Positions 18,216-27,538 of a stretch of DNA of 64,000 nucleotides are shown in pieces. The stretch is from Polyangiaceae bacterium (GTDB taxonomy: Bacteria > Myxococcota_A > Polyangia > Polyangiales > Polyangiaceae), in assembly GCA_050287085.1 (NCBI GenBank), contig JBNKBE010000016.1, positions 32,001 through 96,000 of the forward strand, read 5' to 3'. Every line of letters begins with the position of its first letter. The first letter of the stretch is position 1. Below the pieces are notes generated by a model that was not told the DNA's origin, ran no database searches, and saw nothing but the letters and a program-made list of their open reading frames with translations. Made by a program: the position numbers and the translations under genes.

Positions 18216-20002
18216 ATCATTGCTCCTTGCACAACAATTACATTCACGTCGCGGCTGGTAATGTAGTCACCACTCGCCATCGCGGATATGTCATCGCCGA
18301 TGTACGCCGTGACGTCGGTGCCGATATCGTGCTCCAGGAAGCTGGAGTCATCGGCTCGGTAGCGCCCAAGCGCTGGTCGGTAACGGCCAGTCACATCGAG
18401 GGTCCCGGACAGTAGCGGTGCACCGACCGCAAGGACACCCGCGGTAGTCGTGAAGAAGGACCCGGAAGCATACATGCCGTTGACGCCCACGCGCAGGGGA
18501 CCTGCCACGTTTTGCAACTGCGCGCCGGCAAAGGCGGACAGGTTTTGTGAGTCGGCAAGCGCCGAGGTAACTGCGCTAGCTCCCAAGAATGCAGACCAAT
18601 CCTCGTCGCGATAGTTGGCCTGTAGACCGCCGCTGTAGCGGGTTTCAACGGCCTGGCAGGGTTCGTTGCCCGTACTGCCGCCAATGGGCGTCATCTGGCA
18701 GAACCACCCCGGTGGCAGATAAGACGCGATGAAGCGAGAGCGTTCAGGGCGTTGCAGGGCGAGTTGGCCGCCTACCTCAACCCGTCCCAGTCGGTAGCTA
18801 CCGTAGGCGGCCGCCTGAGTGAGTTCCGCAGAATCGGCACCCCACGGATTATCGGCGTCATAGAAGGAAGCCTCGAAGTTGGCACCAGCGAGCAGATTTC
18901 CCCCGAAGATGTCAAACGAGCCTGCGACCCTACGCTCGTCGAGCTCGCCACCGAAGGTGCTGCCGTAGGCAACGAGAGAGGCGCTTGGCGCGAGCTCGGC
19001 ATCCAAATCATTCCAGGTCAGCTCCGCGCCGAAGCGCGAGGCGCGACCTACGACGCCCCCCCCTAGCGGATCGGGCAGAACCCCACCGAACGCTGCTGCG
19101 TCGATGTCTGGGGCAACTCGTGCTTGGACGCGGGCGCCGTCGAGTGCTCCGAGCAGTCGGGCCGCTGCACGCAGGCGACCCGCCGCAGCCAACCAATCGT
19201 TGTCCGTTCCGTAGGTGGCCTGAAGTTGTCGAATCCGCAGGGGTTGGCGTGCGGCGTCACCGCGCCGCAATGCGAGCTCGCCGTTGGAAAACCAGCCGCG
19301 AGCCGCCAGATCTGCGTCGATAGCCAGGGGTTGAGCCTTGAGGGGTTCTAGGTGAACACGGGCTCTAAGCTGAGCGTTGCTGATGGCGGCTCTGCCGTCT
19401 CGTTGCGGCAGCACGCTGGCGGCGGTCAGAGCGAGCATCGCGTAGCTCCGGCGATGGTCGCTCATCTTGCCCAGGGGTATTGGGCTTGGGTTCTGGCTGT
19501 CGGCTGGAACTGTCGCCTCTGGCCAGCGATTCGAGAAGGACTCAAGCGGCTCGGGTGTGGGGAGCTTCTTGGCCTCTGTCGAGTCGGCCTCCGGAGTTAG
19601 TGTTGCGACGCCAACGGCGCCCGGTTTGACCACTTGCTCACCGAGGTCGACGGCGATGAAAGTGCCTGCGACACTGACCACATCAAAGGACTGCCGTCCC
19701 AGGGTGACTTTGTCGCCGAGGGAGGCCCGTTGTTTAGTGCCGACCAATTCTAGGTAGGCTCGTCCCCCGGAAACGTCGACGACCTTGGCTCGAACTCGCT
19801 GCGATCGAAGGGGCTTTGAGGACCTCTTGGCTTTGGGCGCTGACCCGGCGGGCACCGCTTGGGTCTTGGCGCCGGACCGGGAGCGCTTGGAGGGGGCAGC
19901 CACGGCGTACGTGGCCTCCAAGGCAAACATCATTGTGAAGGCCACCGTCAGCATTCGGCGATCCTGGCTGCGCCGCAGTGGAGAGATGCCAAAGGGGCTC
20001 AT
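18197..20002 (-). CDS. Probable outer-membrane beta-barrel (porin-like) protein
   Basis: Signal peptide, about 400 aa of alternating beta-strands, C-terminal aromatic ...WRPRF; coupled to a multiheme cytochrome gene. Confidence 0.65.
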   Translation of the reverse strand: MSPFGISPLRRSQDRRMLTVAFTMMFALEATYAVAAPSKRSRSGAKTQAVPAGSAPKAKRSSKPLRSQRVRAKVVDVSGGRAYLELVGTKQRASLGDKVTLGRQSFDVVSVAGTFIAVDLGEQVVKPGAVGVATLTPEADSTEAKKLPTPEPLESFSNRWPEATVPADSQNPSPIPLGKMSDHRRSYAMLALTAASVLPQRDGRAAISNAQLRARVHLEPLKAQPLAIDADLAARGWFSNGELALRRGDAARQPLRIRQLQATYGTDNDWLAAAGRLRAAARLLGALDGARVQARVAPDIDAAAFGGVLPDPLGGGVVGRASRFGAELTWNDLDAELAPSASLVAYGSTFGGELDERRVAGSFDIFGGNLLAGANFEASFYDADNPWGADSAELTQAAAYGSYRLGRVEVGGQLALQRPERSRFIASYLPPGWFCQMTPIGGSTGNEPCQAVETRYSGGLQANYRDEDWSAFLGASAVTSALADSQNLSAFAGAQLQNVAGPLRVGVNGMYASGSFFTTTAGVLAVGAPLLSGTLDVTGRYRPALGRYRADDSSFLEHDIGTDVTAYIGDDISAMASGDYITSRDVNVIVVQGAMIWRPRF

Positions 20003-21123
20003 CGAGCTATTCCTCCAGGGTGACAGCCGAGGCAGCGCTGGCCTTGCACGGCGCTGCCTACTACTTGATTCGGATGCGCCTTAGCGAGGGCTGCTGCATT
20101 GTGTTGATGACAGCCGGCACAGGTGATGGCCTGAGGACGTGTTGTGGAAAGGTGGCAGTCACCGCATTGCGCCGAGCGGTGTGGACCCGTGGACAGCGTA
20201 AACACCATGTCGTGGCGCAACTCCACACGCAACGCCGATTGGGTGCTGTCGACGGAGTTGAAGCGCGAGCTTGTCACGAAGGCCGGTACCCACCCGCTTG
20301 CTCGATGGCATTGACCACAATCCCGCGGAAAAGGCGGTTGGTCCGGATCACCTGCAACACCGGTGTGCAGCGGGTGAATGTTGGGGCTCCGATATTGATC
20401 CGCATGGCAGGCAAAACAGTCAGCCGGGACGGGCTGAAATTCGTTGGTGGCGGTCGAGGTCCGCTGGTGACACTCGGTGCAGTCCAACAACGCATGCACG
20501 CCGGTCAAGGGCAAACGGCTGGTTCGGTGACGCGCGATGGCACGCGTGTCAAACCAACTTCGCGAAGAATGACAGTCGCCGCAGCGCTGCCCCAGGCGCC
20601 GACCGTGTACGTCCTCGTGACAGCCCGAACAGTCGCGTGTGATGGTGCGTTCGGCGGTATGGCAGTCGCCACAGGCCGCCTTCGAGTGTTGGCCCGTCAA
20701 GGGAAAGCCCGTGCGCGAGTGATCGAACCCACCCCCCGCACCAGCGCTGCCCGCTAGTTGCTTCCAAGTGTCCTGTTCGTGACACGCGGAACAGTCGAGG
20801 CTCGCAGTGACGCCCTTGTGGCGGGGCACGCGGCTGGGCTTGGGCTTCGCCGGAGGCCTCGGTCTTGTGTTGGACTTGGCCGCAGCGCTTGAGTTGCTTG
20901 CGGCGCTTGAGTTGCTTGCGGCGCCGGGTTGGGCCGGCGCGCTGCCAGTTGCAGAACCACCCGCTCTGACGGCGCTACTAGCGACTGGGGCCGTGGCTGC
21001 AGCGGAGCTCCTGCCACTCGCTTTGCTGGTTCCAGCGGGGCTCGGCGAAGGATACAACAAGGCAGCAGAAACCCCTGCCGCAACGCATACGCTCAGTAGC
21101 AGCGTTCCTAGGTTACCTCGCAT
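19999..21123 (-). CDS. Decaheme c-type cytochrome
   Basis: Ten CxxCH motifs counted; FPLTGxH modules; signal peptide; RBS before ATG 21123. Confidence 0.9.
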   Translation of the reverse strand: MRGNLGTLLLSVCVAAGVSAALLYPSPSPAGTSKASGRSSAAATAPVASSAVRAGGSATGSAPAQPGAASNSSAASNSSAAAKSNTRPRPPAKPKPSRVPRHKGVTASLDCSACHEQDTWKQLAGSAGAGGGFDHSRTGFPLTGQHSKAACGDCHTAERTITRDCSGCHEDVHGRRLGQRCGDCHSSRSWFDTRAIARHRTSRLPLTGVHALLDCTECHQRTSTATNEFQPVPADCFACHADQYRSPNIHPLHTGVAGDPDQPPFPRDCGQCHRASGWVPAFVTSSRFNSVDSTQSALRVELRHDMVFTLSTGPHRSAQCGDCHLSTTRPQAITCAGCHQHNAAALAKAHPNQVVGSAVQGQRCLGCHPGGIAR

Positions 21124-22963
21124 TGGAAGAGCTCCCTTCCTCTGCTGGTGCGTGCGGATCGGCGTGGCAGTCCCGACAGGTGTTGTATGGCAAGCGGTAG
21201 CGAACGGCGCTCGTTCCCTGCGCAAGCTTCGTCGACTGATGGCAACTTTCGCACTTCAGGGTCGCGTGTTTGCCTTGCAGCTCGTAGCCCGTCATCTCGG
21301 TATGATTGAATTCAGGGAGTTTGAACTTCCAAGGCGTGTGGCAATCGCCGCAGTCGCGTTTGGGCTCCGTCAATCGGAATTGCCCTTGATGAATGTCCTG
21401 ATGGCACCCTTCGCATTCCCGAGGGGCGTCTTTGTAGCTGGCGCCGCGGCCCGCCTTGCGATCTTCGGGCGTCGGCGAATGACATTGGTCGCAACGTGCG
21501 CTTGCGTGGGCCCCAATCAGCGGCCAGGTATCATGCGCGATATTGGGCAGATCCCACGCCAGCGGGCTGTGGCAATGGGCACAGCCACCCTGCTGCATCT
21601 CTTTTCGAAACTGGTCGCCGTGTGGATTGTCGTGGCACTTTTCACACTTCTGGTTCTCGAGCTTCCAGTTCAAGCGCTGCTTCTGCTTGAAGTTGTCGTG
21701 ACAGGTGCCACAAGGCACCGCTTGATGATTGCCGATCAGTGGAAAGGCTGTGGTCGCATGAAGCTGAACCCCAAACTGACTCGGCCGAAAGCCCGCATCG
21801 GTGTGGCATGCGCCGCATTCACCCCCGTTTCGCGCGGAGAATTCACCTTGGTGTTTGTCGTCGTGGCAATCTATACATCGCTCGAACTTCAGCTCGCGGA
21901 AGCGCTTCTGGGGGATTAGCTCCGGGGAGTGACATTCCGTACACGCTACGTCAACGTGTTTGCCGGTCAGGGCGAATGGGGTCTTGTCGTGGGCGTCCAA
22001 GCCCACTTGCCGCGGCAGCCCTAGCCACTTGATGCCCTTGTGGCATTGGGCGCAGTTGTTGCCAAAGTTGGCCTCGTGAATGGGTGCGTGGCAGCCCACG
22101 CAACGTGTGCCACGGGAAGGCTTCTTCAACAGTCCGCGGTCGTGGCATTGCTTGCAAGAGGCCTTGCTATGGCCACCGAAGAGGCTGAGACCGGGGTGCG
22201 CCGACCGCTTCATGTCGATCGACTTCCAACTGTCGTTGTTGTGGCAGCCGGTGCACACGTCGCCGAAGCGCCCCGCATGAGGGTCCTCGTGGCAGTTGCC
22301 ACACCGCTGGAAGGGCAATTGGTACTTAGCGGGGACGCCGTGACACTTGGCGCAATCGACCTTCTGATGGGCTCCAAGCAACTTGAAGCGCGCCAAGTCA
22401 TGATTGAAGTCGTGCAGCGCGACGACGTCGAAACGCCCCTGATTGTGGCAGTCGAGGCACTCATTGCCGAAGCGCCCTTTGTGGGGATCCTGATGGCAAC
22501 TGGCGCAACTTGAAGAGAGGCCCAGATAGGTCTTCGCGCCGCGACGATTGACTCGATTGTGGCAGGAGTTGCAATCCAGACCCGCGTGTGCGTCTTGGAG
22601 CTTCCAGCCCGACAGGGCGTGGTCAAAGGAACGAGGGTTCCAGCGGATGAGCCGCGAGCCGCGCCCGCGGTGGTCGACGTGGCAGTTGGCGCAGCTTTGC
22701 CCCTTGTAGTTGCGGCCGTGCAGACCTGTGCCGCGGGCTAGTGTGGCACCGACGTCGTCATGGCAGGCGGTGCACTTGCCATTCTCGATTTGGCGACCGG
22801 CCGTATGACAGTCACTACAATGGGCGTCCCCATCCAAGTGAGCATGACCGCCGGCCAAGTCACCCGGTGACAGGAACTGCGCATATGCCGGCGCCGAGCC
22901 TAGGACCAGGACGGCTACGACCAGCGATAACGTCCGTCGCAGGACTATTCGGACCAAATCCAT
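21113..22963 (-). CDS. Large multiheme c-type cytochrome (23 CxxCH)
   Basis: Signal peptide, SPGDL..GH start, and 23 CxxCH motifs counted in repeating F.L.G.H / CH.D.H modules. Confidence 0.9.
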   Translation of the reverse strand: MDLVRIVLRRTLSLVVAVLVLGSAPAYAQFLSPGDLAGGHAHLDGDAHCSDCHTAGRQIENGKCTACHDDVGATLARGTGLHGRNYKGQSCANCHVDHRGRGSRLIRWNPRSFDHALSGWKLQDAHAGLDCNSCHNRVNRRGAKTYLGLSSSCASCHQDPHKGRFGNECLDCHNQGRFDVVALHDFNHDLARFKLLGAHQKVDCAKCHGVPAKYQLPFQRCGNCHEDPHAGRFGDVCTGCHNNDSWKSIDMKRSAHPGLSLFGGHSKASCKQCHDRGLLKKPSRGTRCVGCHAPIHEANFGNNCAQCHKGIKWLGLPRQVGLDAHDKTPFALTGKHVDVACTECHSPELIPQKRFRELKFERCIDCHDDKHQGEFSARNGGECGACHTDAGFRPSQFGVQLHATTAFPLIGNHQAVPCGTCHDNFKQKQRLNWKLENQKCEKCHDNPHGDQFRKEMQQGGCAHCHSPLAWDLPNIAHDTWPLIGAHASARCDQCHSPTPEDRKAGRGASYKDAPRECEGCHQDIHQGQFRLTEPKRDCGDCHTPWKFKLPEFNHTEMTGYELQGKHATLKCESCHQSTKLAQGTSAVRYRLPYNTCRDCHADPHAPAEEGSSSNAR

Positions 22964-23862
22964 CGGAAGCCGTAGTACCAGGCGATGGCGATGTGGACGA
23001 TGACGGTGAACGTCATCAGAAGAGCCGCGAAGCGATGAAACCCGCGCCATGCCCGCAAGAGGGAATCGGCGGCGTGGGCACGAAGTTCGTTGTAGGCGAT
23101 GGTAGCACACTGCTGCACCGTCGGTTCGAGCAGGTTGAAGCGGTCCGAGGCAGAGAAACGAAATGGTTCAGCCGCCGCTATCACACTGCGTCGCCGCTCG
23201 ACAGCTTCTCGCCGCCACCGTGGTAGCATGCGTAGCGTTTTGGGCAGCGTGTGGCGCCCCTGAATCGGCGACGGTTGGAGCGAGGTGAGCTCGCTCTTGA
23301 GAGCCTTTCCTAGGCCCGGTACTTGAGCGTCGAGCTCCTGAAGCCCTTGGGCCAACAAGGTCAGGTTGGGGTGAGGTACCAGCGACTTCAAGAAGCGACC
23401 GATGATGCCCGTCACCATGAGAACAACCACACACCAGAAGCTGGTGGAGGCGATGCTGGAGCGCAGCTGAAACGCTGAATGAAAGAGGATGAGAGCGCCG
23501 CCAAGGATACCCGTTACGGCGTGAATCTCGAGCCACAGCTTCATCTTTCCGACGCGCCAGCGGGCAAAGCGGCGGCGCATCAGGTAGGTCAGATTCGTCA
23601 GAAAAAGCGCGGTTCCGACGATGCCATAGCCGTGACCCACCATGCCGCCGGGGCTGAGCACTCGGAACTGACTGTGATCGACGCGAGAATCGATGCCCAA
23701 TTCGTAGAAGTCTGCTCCGTAGGCCCAGATGAGTGCGGATGCAATAGCCGGTACGCCGAGCATTAGCGACGGCCATATCGCGCGAGAAAACAGTGATCCT
23801 TCGCGCGAATTGGAGGGGGCGGCGCCTGCGCCGTAAGATGGAGCGTCGAACGCTTGGCTCAT
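22945..23862 (-). CDS. Polytopic membrane protein with conserved TM histidines (cytochrome b/ferric reductase-like)
   Basis: GHGYGIVG, WLEIH, LFHS, WRGFH and VHI in TM helices. Confidence 0.7.
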   Translation of the reverse strand: MSQAFDAPSYGAGAAPSNSREGSLFSRAIWPSLMLGVPAIASALIWAYGADFYELGIDSRVDHSQFRVLSPGGMVGHGYGIVGTALFLTNLTYLMRRRFARWRVGKMKLWLEIHAVTGILGGALILFHSAFQLRSSIASTSFWCVVVLMVTGIIGRFLKSLVPHPNLTLLAQGLQELDAQVPGLGKALKSELTSLQPSPIQGRHTLPKTLRMLPRWRREAVERRRSVIAAAEPFRFSASDRFNLLEPTVQQCATIAYNELRAHAADSLLRAWRGFHRFAALLMTFTVIVHIAIAWYYGFRWIWSE

Positions 23863-23889
23863 AGTGACGATAGGTCCTGGCGAATCAGC

Positions 23890-25221
23890 TTAACGTTCGC
23901 CGTACTTGGTTACCATATCCACTCCGAAGCTCTTCAGAAGCTGAGACGGAGGGGTGCCACCAATCTGCACGATAATGGCGTCGTTAGGTATCTGCTTTGG
24001 GCCGTTCTCTGTCAACAGTGTAACCCGCGAGTCCGTTAGTTCTGAGATGGTGGTTGTCATATGGGCGGTGACCTGACCACTTGCGATCATCGCATCGATA
24101 CGGGTGCGGTTCTCTGCCCTGCAGCGCGCAAATTGTCCGCGCCGATAGCTGATACCAACGGAGGCACACTGGCCGAAGTCAGCTAGAGCGATAGCCGATT
24201 CAACAGCGCTGTTGCCGCCGCCCACGACCAATACGTTCTTCCCTGCATAGGGATCGGGCTCCAACAGGCGATAGGCGACCTTCTTATTGTCCTCTCCGGG
24301 GACGCCAAGTTTGCGCGGAGAGCCGCGAACGCCCAGGGCAAGTACCACGTTGGCCGCGCGGTATTCACCGCCCGTGCTGACAACACGCCACGTGTTTTCG
24401 TCATGCGGCAGAATTTGCTCGACGAGTTCTCCAGAGCGCAGCGGAGGACTGGTCTTTGAGCGAATGTCTTCCCACACGTCGACCAGTTGCTCTTTGGACA
24501 TCGTCTTGCGTTTGACGCGACCGTAGAGTGGAAGGTTCAGGTCGCCCGTCATGACCACCTTGGCTCGGGGGTAGTGCAGGACTGTGCCGCCAAAGGATTC
24601 GCGGTCGAGCAACACGACGTTCAGGCCAGCTTCCATCAGGCGCAACGTTGCGCTGATTCCGGCTGGGCCCGCTCCGATCACCACCGCATCGAGTGCCCCT
24701 CCAACGCCTCGACGCGGTGGCTTGTCTTCATCGGGGGAGCCAGAGACGATGTGATCTGCGGCCTGACGGCCCTGATTGATCGCGTTTGCGATCAGTCCCA
24801 TCCCACCCAGTTCCCCAGCGATGTAGATGCCGGGGCGATTGGTCTGGAAGTGGGGATCGACTCGGGGTAGCTCAACACCCCGTTTGCGAGTGCCGTACAC
24901 GAGCGTGATGGCGTCGATGGGGCAGGCGGCCTCGCAGACGCCGTGACCGATGCAGCCGAGTGGGTTGATGAGCTTCGCTCGGCCTTGCACCAATCCAATG
25001 ACGTTCTTCTCAGGACAGCCCTTCACACACGCCCCCGACCCGATGCAGACGTAGGGGTCAATTTGAGGCGCGAGACTGGCGGCCACTAAGTCATCCATGC
25101 CGCTGAGATCTTGAACTATCTTGGCGGACTTAGATTCCTTGTGGCCGTCCAGACGCTCCCACAGGATGTAGAAGAGAAGGGAGAGCAAGACGAGGGCTCC
25201 GAAGAGTACTGCGGTCGTCAA
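23890..25221 (-). CDS. Membrane-anchored ferredoxin-domain + thioredoxin-reductase-like FAD/NAD(P) oxidoreductase
   Basis: N-terminal TM, CIGSGACVKGCP and CIGHGVCEAACP, GIYIAGELGG, VIGAGPAG, VVGGGNSA. Confidence 0.85.
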   Translation of the reverse strand: MTTAVLFGALVLLSLLFYILWERLDGHKESKSAKIVQDLSGMDDLVAASLAPQIDPYVCIGSGACVKGCPEKNVIGLVQGRAKLINPLGCIGHGVCEAACPIDAITLVYGTRKRGVELPRVDPHFQTNRPGIYIAGELGGMGLIANAINQGRQAADHIVSGSPDEDKPPRRGVGGALDAVVIGAGPAGISATLRLMEAGLNVVLLDRESFGGTVLHYPRAKVVMTGDLNLPLYGRVKRKTMSKEQLVDVWEDIRSKTSPPLRSGELVEQILPHDENTWRVVSTGGEYRAANVVLALGVRGSPRKLGVPGEDNKKVAYRLLEPDPYAGKNVLVVGGGNSAVESAIALADFGQCASVGISYRRGQFARCRAENRTRIDAMIASGQVTAHMTTTISELTDSRVTLLTENGPKQIPNDAIIVQIGGTPPSQLLKSFGVDMVTKYGER

Positions 25222-25239
25222 TGAGAGCTGTCCTGTTCC

Positions 25240-27111
25240 TTAGTCGTCTTCTGCGCGGCCGTCGCGGTGGCAGTTCAAGCAGAAGTTCACCGGTGCGTCG
25301 CCGCGGGGGTAGTTGCCCACATCGTTGTGTTCTCGGTCCATGCGGGCCCTGCTGTGAACGCCGGTGTGGCAGTTGACGCAGTCGGTATTGCCAGCTCCAT
25401 TCGGCCCAAGTTCGGGCTTGTGGCAGTCGTTGCAGGCAAAGCCGCTGTGGCGACCGCTACTGATGCGGAACTGGGCGTCGGGGTGTAGGCCACCACTGGC
25501 AGGCTTCCAGCCGCTGGTAGAGTGGCAGTCGGCGCAGGTGGTGGGGAAGTCGGAGTGCCCGGGGTAAGGGCTGCGATCGTAGTCGTCACGGTGGCAACCG
25601 ACGCATTCCTCGGGAGCATTGTCGTAGACCGGTGGATCGCCGGTGTGGCAGCTGGCGCAGCTGGTCGACGCGTGAGCGCCGGTCAGAGGCCACGGATGCT
25701 GGAAGCTCGGTCCGATGGAGGCGGGGCGCCATCCGTCGTTGCTGTGGCATTCCGAGCAATTGGTGGAGAATCCACTATGGTCGAGCGCAGCACCGGCGCG
25801 GTCATCATCGTGGCAATCGATACACTCGGTGGGAGTCCCTTCGTAGACGGGGGGCTCGCCGGTGTGGCAGTCGCCGCAGCTGGTCATGGCGTGAACGCCA
25901 TTGAGCGGCCACGAGTGAACGAAGTTGGGGCCTATGCTGGCAGGCTTCCATCCGTCATTGCTATGACACTCGGCGCAGTTCGTCGAGAAGTTGCTATGAT
26001 CGGGGGATGCTACGTTGTTGCGGTCATCGCCGTGGCAATCGATACACTCGGTGGGAGTCCCTTCGTAGACGGGGGGCTCGCCGGTGTGGCAGTCGCTGCA
26101 GCTGGTCATGGCGTGAACGCCATTGAGCGGCCAGGAATGCTTGAAGCTGGGGCCTATGCTGGCAGGCTTCCATCCGTTGTTGCTATGACACTCGGCGCAA
26201 TTCGTCGAGAAGTCGCTATGATCGGGCGAGGCAACGTTGTTGCGGTCATCGCTGTGGCAATCGATGCACTCGGTGGGAGTTCCCTCGTAGACAGGGGGCT
26301 CGCCGGTATGGCAGTCGCTGCAGCTGGTCATGGCGTGAACGCCATTGAGCGGCCACGAGTGCTTGAAGCTGGGGCCTATGTTCGCGGGCTTCCAGCCTTG
26401 GTCGCTGTGGCACTCGGAGCAGTTGGTCGAGAAGTCGCTGTGGTCCGGCGATATTACGTTGTCTCGGTCGTCGCTGTGACAGTCGATGCACTCAGTAGGC
26501 GTACCGTCGTAGACGGGTGGGTCGCCCACGTGGCAGCTCGAGCAGGGCGCAGCAGCATGTTCTCCCTCCAGGGGCCACGGATGTACAAAGCGCGCCGCGC
26601 TGCCGACGAGGGTGGCCGGCGACCAGGCGTCAGTTGTATGGCACGTCTGACACTCTTCTGGGAACGCACTGTGGTTCGGTTGAGTCACCTGATCGCGATC
26701 GTCGCGGTGACAGCCGATACACTCCTCAGGCGTGTTTGCGAAGACGACGGGCTCGCCGGTATGGCAACTGCTACATTGGGCGGCACCGTGAGCGCCGGTC
26801 AGCGGCCATTCGTGAGAGAACCCGGGGGCAGGCGACCAGAACTTCTCGCTATGGCAGTCCTCGCACGTCTCGGGCATGACTCCGACGTGCAAGGGGTTTG
26901 TCGCTTCGGCAAACTCATCGAGGTGGCAGCTCGCGCAGTCGCCAGAGACAACCGGGTGATGGTCCTCGACCTCCTGGCAAGCCGTGTTCGCTAGCGCGCC
27001 CAATGCAAGCATGAACCCGGCCATGCCGGCACGAGTTCCGCGCTTCTGCCTTGTGTGTCCGACCGGGGTTGTTTGGTCGGTCCCTTCCCTACACTGGTCG
27101 CCGTTAGCCAT
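25240..27111 (-). CDS. Multiheme c-type cytochrome lipoprotein (23 CxxCH) built from tandem triheme repeats
   Basis: Lipobox NTAC; 23 CxxCH counted; six ~74-aa H.WPL.G.H...CxxCH...CxxCH...CxxCH repeats. Confidence 0.9.
   Translation of the reverse strand: MANGDQCREGTDQTTPVGHTRQKRGTRAGMAGFMLALGALANTACQEVEDHHPVVSGDCASCHLDEFAEATNPLHVGVMPETCEDCHSEKFWSPAPGFSHEWPLTGAHGAAQCSSCHTGEPVVFANTPEECIGCHRDDRDQVTQPNHSAFPEECQTCHTTDAWSPATLVGSAARFVHPWPLEGEHAAAPCSSCHVGDPPVYDGTPTECIDCHSDDRDNVISPDHSDFSTNCSECHSDQGWKPANIGPSFKHSWPLNGVHAMTSCSDCHTGEPPVYEGTPTECIDCHSDDRNNVASPDHSDFSTNCAECHSNNGWKPASIGPSFKHSWPLNGVHAMTSCSDCHTGEPPVYEGTPTECIDCHGDDRNNVASPDHSNFSTNCAECHSNDGWKPASIGPNFVHSWPLNGVHAMTSCGDCHTGEPPVYEGTPTECIDCHDDDRAGAALDHSGFSTNCSECHSNDGWRPASIGPSFQHPWPLTGAHASTSCASCHTGDPPVYDNAPEECVGCHRDDYDRSPYPGHSDFPTTCADCHSTSGWKPASGGLHPDAQFRISSGRHSGFACNDCHKPELGPNGAGNTDCVNCHTGVHSRARMDREHNDVGNYPRGDAPVNFCLNCHRDGRAEDD
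25500..26814 (-). repeat. Tandem ~222-bp coding repeats (six triheme modules)
   Basis: GCCATTGAGCGGCCA recurs at about 25897, 26119 and 26341 (period 222); the central copies are nearly identical. Confidence 0.9.
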
Positions 27112-27538
27112 AAAGTTCCCACATGCTGGTTGAGGTCCTCAGAGCGGGTGGTGGCCGCCGTGGGCGTGGACTGTGAGAAGCTCGAGGGAATTCGCTGTAT
27201 GCGGATGGACAACGTGGAAAAGTGAAAGAGGAATGAAATCTGAGCGACGATTCTGAGCAGTCGTTTCGTCCGTTGGCGTGCCCGTCACCCACCCATTCGG
27301 CCCAGCAAGACAGCGGCCCAATAGCCGGGTGTGCCCGATCGAGTCTCACGGCTCAGGGGGGTCGAGGCCGGGGCGGGGCTGTTCTCCAGACCGGCGTTCT
27401 TCGTTGGAGGATGGACTCCGCCCGCAGCGTGACGCTCGGTTTGTTTTCCTATGCTGGGGGGACCCTGGGGACTCGAGCGTAGCCAGGGCAATACTGCGCG
27501 GGTAATCTCGCCCGCGTCACTCGCACAAAAGGTGGAAG

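Noticed and set aside
19978..22513. Long + strand ORFs (19978-20757, 20807-21919, 22040-22513)
   Set aside because: Antisense to well-supported multiheme cytochrome genes; expected in high-GC DNA.
25522..26994. 490-aa repetitive + strand ORF
   Set aside because: Antisense shadow of the repeat multiheme cytochrome; its VAVAA repeats are the reverse complement of CxxCH codons.
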